Source of the DNA: Candidatus Dormibacteria bacterium
GTDB lineage: Bacteria; Chloroflexota; Dormibacteria; Aeolococcales; Bog-877
Direction: 5' to 3'
Assembly (NCBI GenBank): GCA_050734515.1
Contig: JBOHUM010000014.1
Location: 65,089-129,088 of the forward strand
Length of the DNA: 64,000 nt
Each line of letters starts with the position of its first letter. Positions within the stretch are counted from its first letter, which is position 1. Made by a program: the position numbers and the translations under genes. Positions 1 through 8,487 of the stretch are shown here, one piece after another. A model generated the notes under the pieces. The model had not been told where the DNA came from and did not search any database. It saw only the letters and a program-made list of their open reading frames with translations.

Positions 1-35
1 GGACGCCCCTCCCGCCATCGCTCAGCCGTCGAGGC

Positions 36-896
36 TCAATTGGACTTGGGCTTGGCGACGCGCGCCGGCACCCGTGCAGCGCCGCCCTCCTCCTTGACGA
101 CCTTCAGGGCTGAGTTGCGGCCGTCGCCGCTGGATGCCCGGCGGGTGATCTCCATGAATGGCTGGATCAGGTCCATGGGTAAGGGGAAGACGACCACCGT
201 GTTCTGCTCGGTGCCGATCTCGGCGAGGGTCTGCAGGTAGCGGAGCTGGAGGGTGGCCGGCTCGGTAGCGATCACGGCTGCGGCGTCGGTGAGTTGCTGC
301 GCCGCCTGAAACTCGCCCTCGGCCCGGATGATCTTGGCCCGCTTCTCCCGCTCGGCCTCCGCCTGCATGGCCATGGCCCGCTGCATCGACTGGGGCAGGT
401 CGACATCCTTGACCTCGACCGCGGTCACCTTGACGCCCCAGGGCTCGGTCTGGTCGTCGATCACCGACTGAAGCTCGGCGTTGACCTTGTCCCGCTGGCT
501 GAGCAACTCATCGAGGGAGGACTGCCCGAGAATCGAGCGCAGCGTGGTCTGGGCCGCGGTGGAGATGCTGCCGCGGTAATCGTTGACCTTCACGTAGGCG
601 TCGCGGGCGTCGACCACCCGGAAAAACACCACAGCGGTGACCCGGACGGTGACGTTGTCCTTGGTGATGATGTCCTGGGGCGGCACCTGGTGGACGTTGA
701 TCCTCAGGTCGATCTTGAGCAGGCGGTCGATCCCGAAGGGGATGATCAGACGGGGGCCCGGGCCCTTGACGTCAATCAGTCGTCCCAGACGGAAGACGAC
801 GCCGCGCTCGTACTCATTGATGACCCGGAAACCAGTCGCGAAGGTGATCAGCAGCAGTAGAACCACCACCACCAGTACCGCTATCAGAGCGTCCAC
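36..896 (-). CDS. SPFH/band-7 (stomatin/prohibitin-like) membrane protein
   Basis: 286-aa ORF. It has an N-terminal TM helix, an SPFH core (RVINEYERGVVFRLGR..., TKDNVTVRV) and an Ala/Glu-rich helix (AMQAEAEREKRAKIIRAEGE). It overlaps the upstream NfeD gene by 13 nt, the classic NfeD-stomatin pairing. Confidence 0.9.
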   Translation of the reverse strand: MDALIAVLVVVVLLLLITFATGFRVINEYERGVVFRLGRLIDVKGPGPRLIIPFGIDRLLKIDLRINVHQVPPQDIITKDNVTVRVTAVVFFRVVDARDAYVKVNDYRGSISTAAQTTLRSILGQSSLDELLSQRDKVNAELQSVIDDQTEPWGVKVTAVEVKDVDLPQSMQRAMAMQAEAEREKRAKIIRAEGEFQAAQQLTDAAAVIATEPATLQLRYLQTLAEIGTEQNTVVVFPLPMDLIQPFMEITRRASSGDGRNSALKVVKEEGGAARVPARVAKPKSN

Positions 897-1675
897 CCTT
901 GGTCCTCCTTAGTCGCTACCGGTCCGGGGACATCCCCAGAGGCCGGCCCGGCCGCGCTCACGGGTGGCAGCCCGCCCGGCGGTGTCACGATCAGAGTAAG
1001 CCCATCGCGGGCGATCACCTCCACCTCGGTCCCCACCTCTAGCGGAGCGCCGTGCCGGTCGGTGACCCGCCACAGCTCTCCCCCCACGGCCGCGATCCCG
1101 TAGGGGTCGGCGCGCTCACGCACCGTGGCAATGAGACCCAGCAGTTCGTGGGTGCTGGCCCCCCAGGGGATGTGCCGCACCTGCAGGGCCCGCCGGCTGA
1201 GTACGAACCAGGTGGCTCCCACGGCTCCGGGGACGGCCACCACCACGGCCAGGTTGACTCCCTGGCCGGCGGCGCCCCGGAAGAGCAGTAGCCCGGCGGC
1301 CACCGCCAGCCCGACCCCCAGCACGCTGAGCAGGCCGTGGCTCTGGCCGGCGGTGTCGATCACCATCAGGGCTGCCGCCGCCGCCACGAGGACCAGGCCA
1401 AAGACGTTGACGGGCAGATTGGCCAGTCCGGCAACCGCCAGCACCCCGGCCGCGATACCGATCGAGCCGGGGACGAAGCTGCCGGGATGGAGGATCTCGA
1501 TCCCGACTCCCAACAGCGCTACCAGCAAGAGGCCAAAGGCCAGGGACGGGTTGTCCAGAGGGGCCAGTACGCTGGTCGGGTGGGACCCGGTCGCGGCCGC
1601 CACTGTCGGGAACTGAACCGCCAGGCTCGCTCCCAGTGCCAGCAGCGCCGATCCCACCAGCTGCCTGCTGCGCAT
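884..1675 (-). CDS. NfeD-family membrane protein (stomatin partner)
   Basis: 263-aa ORF with a signal/TM segment, several Gly/Ala-rich TM helices and a C-terminal OB-like segment (GELWRVTDRHGAPLEVGTEVEVIARDGLTLIVTP). It sits directly upstream of the SPFH gene. Confidence 0.8.
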   Translation of the reverse strand: MRSRQLVGSALLALGASLAVQFPTVAAATGSHPTSVLAPLDNPSLAFGLLLVALLGVGIEILHPGSFVPGSIGIAAGVLAVAGLANLPVNVFGLVLVAAAAALMVIDTAGQSHGLLSVLGVGLAVAAGLLLFRGAAGQGVNLAVVVAVPGAVGATWFVLSRRALQVRHIPWGASTHELLGLIATVRERADPYGIAAVGGELWRVTDRHGAPLEVGTEVEVIARDGLTLIVTPPGGLPPVSAAGPASGDVPGPVATKEDQGWTL

Positions 1676-1742
1676 GGCTTCCCGATCATAGCGCTGGCCT
1701 TGGCCTAAGATCGCCCCCGATCGCCCCGCCGATAATTCGGGG

Positions 1743-2822
1743 GTGGTTGCCTCGGCCGAGGCCGGTCCGCCCGCGGGCGCCGGCCGCAGGGTGCGGGTCC
1801 GGCCGGTGCTCGAGCCGGAGCGGTTGCAGTGGGACGGCTACGTCGGGACGCAGGCCCATGGCAACCTCCTGCAGTCCTGGGGTTGGGGCGAGTTGCGGCG
1901 GCGGAACGGCTGGGCCGTGTTCCGGCTGTGCGCCCAGCGCCCGCCAGATCCAGGGTGGCTGGGCGCGATCCAGGTGATGCGTCAGCCCCTGGGCCCGCTC
2001 GGGATGGGGTGGGGCTACGCCGCCCAGGGACCGGTGTTGAGCTCCCTTGACGATGGGCAAGTGTGCCGGGCCCTGCTGCAGGCGGCCGCCTCGCGCCTCC
2101 GCCGGCAGCGGGCCTTCCAGCTCAAGTGCGACCCCGAATGGCCGTTGGGACCGGACGCCGCCCGGCTGCGACGCTTCTGCCGCCTCCGCCCGGCGCGCTT
2201 CGACATCCAGCAGCGCGACACGTGGCTGGTGGGGCTGGACGGGGGGCGGGACGGCGTTTGGGAGCGGCTCTCCAGCTCCACCCGGCGCAACATCCGCCTC
2301 TCCCAGCGGGCGGGGGTCGAGGTCAGGGGGGAGCGTGGCGGAGGAGCTGTGGCGACCTTCTACCAGCTGCACCGGCAGACGGTGGCCCGGCAGCGCTTCA
2401 CCACCCGCCCCCTGGACTACTACCAGACGGCGGTTGGGGAACTGGCAGCGACCGTATTCGTAGCCAGCTTGGGCGGGCAGCCCCTGGCGGCCGCGGTGGC
2501 GGTGCGCTTCGGCCGGCGCCTAATCTACCTCTACGGCGGCACCAGCCCCGATCGCGCCGACGCCCGGGCCAGCTTCGCCCTGCACTGGGCGATGATCGGG
2601 TGGGGGATCGACGGCGGCTGCACCATCTACGACATGTGGGGGATCCCGCGCCGCTTCGACCCCGGGCGCCGCGATCACGGCTACGCCTTGTTCAAGACCA
2701 GGTGGGGCGGTGGCGCCGCCCACTACGGCGGGCTTCTGATAGCGCCCGTGCTAGGGCCGCTCGACCCCCTGGTGCACCTACTGGAGGCCGCCCTGCTGCG
2801 GCGGCGCCCGTTGCTGCGCTGA
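1743..2822 (+). CDS. FemAB-family peptidoglycan bridge-formation aminoacyltransferase
   Basis: 359-aa ORF with an N-terminus typical of FemAB (W..YV......NLLQSWGWGELR) and a second GNAT-like half (LYGGTS...HWAMI.W....GC..YDMWGI). GATAAT lies 6 nt upstream of the GTG start. Confidence 0.7.
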   Translation: MVASAEAGPPAGAGRRVRVRPVLEPERLQWDGYVGTQAHGNLLQSWGWGELRRRNGWAVFRLCAQRPPDPGWLGAIQVMRQPLGPLGMGWGYAAQGPVLSSLDDGQVCRALLQAAASRLRRQRAFQLKCDPEWPLGPDAARLRRFCRLRPARFDIQQRDTWLVGLDGGRDGVWERLSSSTRRNIRLSQRAGVEVRGERGGGAVATFYQLHRQTVARQRFTTRPLDYYQTAVGELAATVFVASLGGQPLAAAVAVRFGRRLIYLYGGTSPDRADARASFALHWAMIGWGIDGGCTIYDMWGIPRRFDPGRRDHGYALFKTRWGGGAAHYGGLLIAPVLGPLDPLVHLLEAALLRRRPLLR

Positions 2823-2830
2823 CCGCCACC

Positions 2831-2836
2831 TACAAT
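2831..2836 (+). promoter_or_regulatory. -10 box TACAAT, 6 nt upstream of the ATG at 2843 (leaderless candidate)
   Basis: TACAATtttcccATG read directly. No SD is possible in the 6-nt gap. Confidence 0.45.
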
Positions 2837-2842
2837 TTTCCC

Positions 2843-3448
2843 ATGCTCTACCTAGGCCGGCCCCGCATCAACAGCTGGGAGGCGACGGTCTTCGCACCGC
2901 CGCGAGAGGTCTTCGCCGTGGCCGAGCAGGTGCTGGGGCTGCCGCCCTTCACCTTCAACGCCGTGGACGAAACCACCGCGGAGGTGGTCCAGACCCTGGC
3001 CAATGGCTTCTTCGGCCAATGGACGCGTGTGAAGTACCCGAAGAACCGCATCAGGATAGAGTGCCATCCAACCAAAGCAGGTACGCAGCTGCGGATCCTC
3101 GCCCAGGGCCAGCGCAGCTCCACCATGCGGGCGGTGAACCTGCTTCGGATCCTGACCCATGGTGAGCGCGACTCGGCCAGCACTTACCGCTATCGCGCCG
3201 TCCGCCCCGGGCCGTGCACGGTGGTGCAGAGCTGGGCGGGGACCGGTTACCCGCTGTTCGTGGCCCCCGACCACGGCGCCGAGCGGGGCCGGGCGGTGCG
3301 ACCCGCCACCCCGCTGGTGGCACTGGAACAATCGGCGCGCTGGGTGCGGGTCCGAGCTGGCCAGGGTGACGACACCGAGGAGGGATGGATCGAGGCCGAC
3401 CAGCTGGTTTCGGACCCGACCCCGGCGCGGCTGGGGAGCAGCGCCTAG
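2843..3448 (+). CDS. hypothetical protein with C-terminal SH3b-like segment
   Basis: This is the in-frame ATG inside ORF 2063..3448 and follows the stop of the upstream gene. TACAAT lies 6 nt upstream. The C-terminus (ARWVRVRAGQGDDTEEGWIEADQLV) resembles bacterial SH3 domains. Third-position GC is high. Confidence 0.55.
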   Translation: MLYLGRPRINSWEATVFAPPREVFAVAEQVLGLPPFTFNAVDETTAEVVQTLANGFFGQWTRVKYPKNRIRIECHPTKAGTQLRILAQGQRSSTMRAVNLLRILTHGERDSASTYRYRAVRPGPCTVVQSWAGTGYPLFVAPDHGAERGRAVRPATPLVALEQSARWVRVRAGQGDDTEEGWIEADQLVSDPTPARLGSSA

Positions 3449-3463
3449 GAGCTCGGCGGCCTC

Positions 3464-4924
3464 TCAGTCGAGCTCGCCGCTCTCGTGGTGGGTGAGCTCA
3501 TGCCAGGTCCCGGAGAGCATCAGGTCATTGGCGGCGGGGGGGCCCTCGCTGCCGGCGGGATAGAGGTTGATCCGAGGCACGTCTTGGAGCACGGGCTGGA
3601 GTACCTTCCAGGCGGCTTCGGTCTCATCCTGCCGGATGAAGAGAGTGTGGTCGCCCAGAAGCGCGTCGTGGAGGAGCCGCTCGTAGGCCTCAGCCGGCTG
3701 GGTCTTGAAGGAGCGCCCGTACGAGAAGTCCATCCGCACCGGCTGCTCCACCACGGCGGCCCCGGGAACCTTGGCCATGAAAGAGAACGAGATCCCCTCC
3801 TCCGGCTGGATGCGGATCGTGACCCGGTTGGGGGCCAATCGCTCGATACCGGTGCCGGCAAAGAGGTGTAGTGGCACGTCCCGGCAGTAGAGCATGATCT
3901 CGGTGCGGCGGGTGCAGAGCGCCTTGCCGCAGCGCAGGTAGAACGGGACCCCGGCCCAGTCCCAGGAATCCACCGCCAGCCGCAGGGCGATGTAGGTCTC
4001 GGTGCTGGAGTCGGGCGAAACTCCTTCCACCTCGCGATAGCCCGGCATGGTGTTGCCGTGTACGGAACCGCGGGTGTACTGGCCCCGCACCACCTCCGCG
4101 GGGCCGACGGGCCTGATCGAGTGCAGGACCTTCACCTTCTCGTCGCGGAGAGCCTCCGGATCGAAGGAACTGGGCGCGGACATGCAGGTTAGGGCCAGGA
4201 GCTGAAGCAGGTGGTTTTGGACGATGTCGCGAATCGCCCCGGTCTCCTCGTACAGGCGCCCCCGGCTCTCGATGCCGATGTCCTCAGCCACCGTCAGCTG
4301 CACCTGGTCTACCACGTCGCGGTTCCAGATCCTCTCAACCAGGGTGTTGCCGAAGCGAAAAACCAGCAGGTTCTGTACCGTCTCCTTGCCAAGGTAGTGG
4401 TCGATGCGATAGATCCGCTCCTCAGGGAGCACCTTGTGGAGCGCCGCATTGAGCTCGGCCGCTGACTCCAGGTCGTGGCCAAAAGGCTTCTCGATGATCA
4501 CCGAGGCCGCCCGGGCCAGGCCGGCTCCCCTGAGTTCGGCGAGGATGGTCATCACCGCCGAGGGGGGCACCGCCAGGTAGACCAGCCGGCGGTGGCCGCG
4601 CAGGGCTTGGGACAGCTTGCTCCCAGTGCCGGCCTGGTCGTGGGTGGTGGCCACGTAGCGGAGGCGGTGGGCGAACTCTGCGAAGGCGGAGCGGTCGAAA
4701 CCGGTTCGACTGAACTGTTTGACCGCCTGGCTGGCGATCTCCCGGAAACCGGTATCGCCAAGGGCCCGGGTGGCCGTCCCCATGATGTCGCCGCGCCGGG
4801 GCAACAGCCCCTGCCGGCTCAGCTCGTAGAGGGCGGGCAGGAGCTTGCGCTTGGCCAGGTCGCCGGTGGCACCAAAGACCAGGAGATCCTGGTCGGGTGG
4901 TACCCGCAGGCGCTCGGGAGGCAC
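3464..4924 (-). CDS. zwf: glucose-6-phosphate 1-dehydrogenase
   Basis: 486-aa ORF with the NADP-binding motif FGATGDLAKRKL, the active-site motif RIDHYLGKE and further conserved blocks (EKPFG, NRV.IRIQP). The start is GTG with TAGACT 6 nt upstream. Confidence 0.95.
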   Translation of the reverse strand: MPPERLRVPPDQDLLVFGATGDLAKRKLLPALYELSRQGLLPRRGDIMGTATRALGDTGFREIASQAVKQFSRTGFDRSAFAEFAHRLRYVATTHDQAGTGSKLSQALRGHRRLVYLAVPPSAVMTILAELRGAGLARAASVIIEKPFGHDLESAAELNAALHKVLPEERIYRIDHYLGKETVQNLLVFRFGNTLVERIWNRDVVDQVQLTVAEDIGIESRGRLYEETGAIRDIVQNHLLQLLALTCMSAPSSFDPEALRDEKVKVLHSIRPVGPAEVVRGQYTRGSVHGNTMPGYREVEGVSPDSSTETYIALRLAVDSWDWAGVPFYLRCGKALCTRRTEIMLYCRDVPLHLFAGTGIERLAPNRVTIRIQPEEGISFSFMAKVPGAAVVEQPVRMDFSYGRSFKTQPAEAYERLLHDALLGDHTLFIRQDETEAAWKVLQPVLQDVPRINLYPAGSEGPPAANDLMLSGTWHELTHHESGELD

Positions 4925-4930
4925 CTGTCG

Positions 4931-4936
4931 AGTCTA
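4931..4936 (-). promoter_or_regulatory. -10 box TAGACT, 6 nt upstream of the zwf GTG (leaderless candidate)
   Basis: The minus strand reads TAGACTcgacagGTG. Confidence 0.45.
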
Positions 4937-4981
4937 AGTGCGGCGGCTGGCCTGGATCTCGGCGAACGGCAGGCGCCCTCC

Positions 4982-4987
4982 TATACT
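4982..4987 (+). promoter_or_regulatory. -10 box TATACT, 6 nt upstream of the GTG at 4994 (leaderless candidate)
   Basis: TATACTcggtcgGTG. The same cTATACTcGG context recurs at 23810, 27770 and 47065. Confidence 0.45.
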
Positions 4988-4993
4988 CGGTCG

Positions 4994-5554
4994 GTGGGCG
5001 AGGATCTGCGCCAATTGGTGGCCGCCTATCCCGAGCTCTCGCCGGCCGAACTGGCGCGGGCGCTGACCAGCGGCCCCGGTCCTGGGGAGGCGGAGGCCTG
5101 GGAGCAGAGGCTGGTCCAACACCACCTGGGCATGGTGCTGACCGCGGCGGAGTCCCGCACTAAGGACACTCCCACCGCCGAGGACCTCTTCCAGGAGGGC
5201 AGCGCCGCCCTGGTGATCCTGGTCCACGGACTCGATCCCAGCCGCCCCCTCTCTCCCGAGGACTTCCACGCCAGCCTGCAGGCCGCCCTGGGCCAGGTCA
5301 TGGATGCACTGCTGGCGGAGCGGGTCCGCGCCCAGCGCGAGGACCAGCGCTGGGCCGACGATGCCGAGCGACTGGCCGCGGAGGAGGCCCAGTTGCGGCT
5401 GGAAACCGGGGCCGAGCCCAGTGACGCCTCCCTGGCGAAGGCTCTGGGGTGGTCAGTCGAGCGGGTGGTCCCGTTGCGGCGTGCCATCGACCGGGCCCGA
5501 TCCACCGACGACGAGCAGCTGATGGACATCCTCCAGGAGCTGGAGGAGCAGTGA
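4994..5554 (+). CDS. sigma-70-like protein (regions 2-3 like, no region 4)
   Basis: GTG start inside ORF 4475..5554, with TATACT 6 nt upstream. LVQHHLGMVLTAA...EDLFQEGSAALVILVHGLD parallels sigma regions 2.1-2.3. LGWSVERVVPLRRAIDRA parallels region 3. Third-position GC is high. Its stop overlaps the gcvT start (GTGA). Confidence 0.55.
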   Translation: MGEDLRQLVAAYPELSPAELARALTSGPGPGEAEAWEQRLVQHHLGMVLTAAESRTKDTPTAEDLFQEGSAALVILVHGLDPSRPLSPEDFHASLQAALGQVMDALLAERVRAQREDQRWADDAERLAAEEAQLRLETGAEPSDASLAKALGWSVERVVPLRRAIDRARSTDDEQLMDILQELEEQ

Positions 5555-6657
5555 GCCCGGAGGCCCAAAAGGTCCCCCTCAACGACGTCCACCTCGCAGC
5601 GGGCGGGAGGATGGTCGACTTCGGGGGCTACTCGGTGCCACTCCAGTACAGCTCCATCCGCGAGGAACACGAGGCGGTCCGGACCCGCGCCGGACTGTTC
5701 GACGTCTCCCACATGGGCGAGGTCATGGTCGAGGGCCCGGGCGCCACCGACTTCCTCCAGGGCCTGGTCAGCAACGACGTCACCCGCCTCGCCCCGGGTA
5801 GGGCGCTGTACACGGTGATGTGCCGTCCCGACGGCGGCATCGTTGACGACCTGCTCGTCTACCGCGACCAGGAGCGCTACCTGCTGGTGATCAACGCTGC
5901 CCGCCACGTCGCCGACCTGGAGTGGATGCGGGCGGCGGCGACTGGGGACGTCGACCTCCGCGACATCTCGGCCGAGACCGTGCTCCTGGCGGTACAGGGG
6001 CCGCGGGCGGCGGCAATCGTTCAGTCCCTCAGCGCCGCCCCCGACCTGCCCGGCCTGCGCTACTACCACCACCGCTTCGGAGAGGTGGCGGGCATCCCCA
6101 CTCGGATCTCGCGGACCGGCTACACCGGGGAGGATGGTTTCGAGCTCTACGTGCCAGCGGGGGCGGCCGCGTCGCTGTGGGCGGACCTGCTCCTGGCCGG
6201 CGCCGGCCAGGGGCTGCGACCGGCAGGGCTGGGGGCGCGCGACACCCTGCGCCTGGAGGCCGGCTTCCGGCTTTACGGTCAGGACATCGACGAGACCACC
6301 GATCCCTTCAGCGCCGGGCTGGGCTGGGTGGTGAAGTTGGGCAAGGGTCCGTTCTGCGGCCGCGAGACCCTGGCCGAGCGGGCGTCGTCGCCGCCCCACG
6401 CCTTTGTGGGCTTGAACCTGGGGGCGCGAGCCATCCCCCGGGTGGGGCAGGAGATCTTCGTCGGCGAGCGCAGCGTGGGGCGCGTCACCAGCGGCTCGTT
6501 CGGGTTCAGCCTGGGGGCTGGCCTGGGCATGGGCTATGTGGAGCCGGCCTGCGGCGCGGCGGGGACGGAGCTCCGGGTGAGGCTGCGCCGGGATCCGGAG
6601 CAGTGGGCAGCGGCGCCGGTGGTGCCGCTACCGTTCTACCGTCGTCCCGAGCGCTGA
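5551..6657 (+). CDS. gcvT: aminomethyltransferase (glycine cleavage system T protein)
   Basis: PL...H...GG.MVDFGGY..P.QY.SI..EH.AVR..AGLFDVSHMGE is a typical GcvT N-terminus. The GTG start at 5551 overlaps the upstream stop. It is followed by gcvH and gcvP. Confidence 0.93.
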   Translation: MSPEAQKVPLNDVHLAAGGRMVDFGGYSVPLQYSSIREEHEAVRTRAGLFDVSHMGEVMVEGPGATDFLQGLVSNDVTRLAPGRALYTVMCRPDGGIVDDLLVYRDQERYLLVINAARHVADLEWMRAAATGDVDLRDISAETVLLAVQGPRAAAIVQSLSAAPDLPGLRYYHHRFGEVAGIPTRISRTGYTGEDGFELYVPAGAAASLWADLLLAGAGQGLRPAGLGARDTLRLEAGFRLYGQDIDETTDPFSAGLGWVVKLGKGPFCGRETLAERASSPPHAFVGLNLGARAIPRVGQEIFVGERSVGRVTSGSFGFSLGAGLGMGYVEPACGAAGTELRVRLRRDPEQWAAAPVVPLPFYRRPER

Positions 6658-6694
6658 GGCCCGGGCGGTTGATCGACTGGGCGGAGGAGCGCGG

Positions 6695-7081
6695 ATGCCG
6701 GACTTGAGCGCCTACCGGTTCACCAGGACCCACGAGTGGGTGCGCCGGGAGGGGGAGGAGGCCGTGGTGGGGATCACGGACCACGCCCAGTCGCAACTGG
6801 GGGACGTCATCTTCTTGGAGCTTCCCGCGGTCGGGGCTTCAGTCCGGTCCGGAGCCCGCTTTGGCGCGGTGGAATCGGTGAAGGCCGCCAGCGACCTGAT
6901 CTCGCCGGTCGACGGTGAGGTGGTGGCCGTCAACGACCAGGTGGCGAGCACTCCGGAACTGGTCAACCGCGACCCACACAACGCCGGCTGGCTGATCCGC
7001 GTCCGCCTTACCCAGGAGCCGGCCAGCGACCTCCTAGATGCGGCCGGGTACGATTCGTTCGCGAGGAGCGAGACCCACTAG
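6695..7081 (+). CDS. gcvH: glycine cleavage system H protein
   Basis: 128 aa with the lipoyl-lysine motif ESVKAASDLISPVDGEVV. GGAGGAG Shine-Dalgarno upstream of the ATG. Confidence 0.95.
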   Translation: MPDLSAYRFTRTHEWVRREGEEAVVGITDHAQSQLGDVIFLELPAVGASVRSGARFGAVESVKAASDLISPVDGEVVAVNDQVASTPELVNRDPHNAGWLIRVRLTQEPASDLLDAAGYDSFARSETH

Positions 7082-7113
7082 CCACCGGTCCCAACGGGGT
7101 GCCCGCCTGTCCC

Positions 7114-8487
7114 ATGGCCTACCTGCCGAACTCGGACGCCGATAGGGCGGCGATGCTGGCGGAGTTGGGCCTGGCCGATCAGGAGCAGCTCTTCCGCGAG
7201 GTTCCCAGCGAGCTGCGCCGGGGCAAGCTCCAGCTGCCGCCCGCGCTCTCTGAACTCGAGCTGATCGCCGAGTTGCGCCGGCTTGCGGGTCGGAACCGGC
7301 CCCTGGGCCAGTGGGACTGCTTCCTTGGGGCAGGGATCTATTCCCGCTTCGTCCCCGCCGTGGTTCGAGCCACGATCGCCCGCCCCGAGTTCTATACCGC
7401 CTACACGCCATATCAGGCCGAGGCCAGCCAGGGCTACCTCCAGTCGATCTTCGAGTTCCAGTCATTGGTGGCCGAGCTGTTCGACCTGGACGTGGCCAAC
7501 GCCTCGATGTACGACGTGGCCACCGCCACCGCCGAAGGCGCCCTCCTGGCGGTCCAGCACACCAGCCGCGGCGTGGTGCTGGCGTCGGCCGGCCTCCACC
7601 CCGAGGTCCTGCGGGTGCTCGAGACCTATGCGTCGGGACGGGGGGCGCAGCTGGTGCGCCTGCCCACCGATCAGGGCGTGACCGATGTCGCCGCGGCGCG
7701 GGACGCGCTCCGCCCGGGGAAGGCCGCGGTGGTGGTAGTCGGCCAACCCAACTTCTTGGGCCTGCTCGAACCGGTCTCGGAACTTGCGGAGCTGGCGCAT
7801 GCGGCAGGGACCTTGCTCCTGGCGGTTGCCGACCCGCTGGCCGCGGTCGTCGTCGACCCGCCCGGAGCGGCGGGAGCCGACCTGGCCGCCGCCGACGGCC
7901 AGCAGCTGGGGATCCCTCCTCAGCTGGGAGGCCCGACCGTGGGGCTGCTCGCATGCGGGGCCGACCTGGTCCGGCGCATGCCGGGCCGACTGGTAGGGAT
8001 GACCACCGACAATCGCGGCCAGCGCGCCTACTGCCTCACCCTGCAGACCCGAGAGCAGCACATCCGGCGGGAGCGCGCCACCAGCAACATCTGCACCAAC
8101 CACGCCCTGATGGCCTTGGCGGCCACCGCCTACCTGGCCAAGATGGGCGAGTCGGGGATGCGCGCGGTGGCCGATATCTCCTACCGCCGGGCCCACCTCC
8201 TCGCCCAGAGCCTCGGGGAGCTGCCCGGGGTGCGCCTCGTCCACCCCGGCGGCGAGTTCCTCTGGGAGTTTGTCCTGGAGACGCCCCTGCCTGGCCGGGA
8301 CCTGGTCCGGGAGATGGCCAAGGAGGGCATCCTGGCGGGCCTGCCGCTGGGCGAGTTCGATCCGACTCTGGAGCGCTGCGTCTTGGTCTGTGCCACCGAG
8401 ATGACCGCGGCGACGGCCCTGGAACGGTACCGGGCACGCCTGGCGGAGTTGGTCGAGGCCCGACGCCCGGCTGAGGCCCGGGCGTGA
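7114..8487 (+). CDS. gcvPA: glycine dehydrogenase (decarboxylating) subunit 1
   Basis: MAYLPNSDADRAAMLAELG is a typical GcvPA N-terminus, and YTPYQAE.SQG is present. An alternative GTG lies at 7099. The stop overlaps the gcvPB start. Confidence 0.93.
   Translation: MAYLPNSDADRAAMLAELGLADQEQLFREVPSELRRGKLQLPPALSELELIAELRRLAGRNRPLGQWDCFLGAGIYSRFVPAVVRATIARPEFYTAYTPYQAEASQGYLQSIFEFQSLVAELFDLDVANASMYDVATATAEGALLAVQHTSRGVVLASAGLHPEVLRVLETYASGRGAQLVRLPTDQGVTDVAAARDALRPGKAAVVVVGQPNFLGLLEPVSELAELAHAAGTLLLAVADPLAAVVVDPPGAAGADLAAADGQQLGIPPQLGGPTVGLLACGADLVRRMPGRLVGMTTDNRGQRAYCLTLQTREQHIRRERATSNICTNHALMALAATAYLAKMGESGMRAVADISYRRAHLLAQSLGELPGVRLVHPGGEFLWEFVLETPLPGRDLVREMAKEGILAGLPLGEFDPTLERCVLVCATEMTAATALERYRARLAELVEARRPAEARA

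Noticed and set aside
2063-2842. 461-aa ORF 2063..3448 taken at full length.
   Set aside because: Its first 260 codons overlap the FemAB-family gene out of frame and are Arg/Pro/Gly/Ala-rich. Only the part after the FemAB stop (from the ATG at 2843, with TACAAT upstream) looks like a real protein.
4925-4993. Glycine riboswitch upstream of the gcv operon.
   Set aside because: Only 69 bp are available, and two -10 boxes abutting the start codons occupy them. There is no room for even a single aptamer, and no GGAGAG...CACCG...GGACAA-type motifs are visible.
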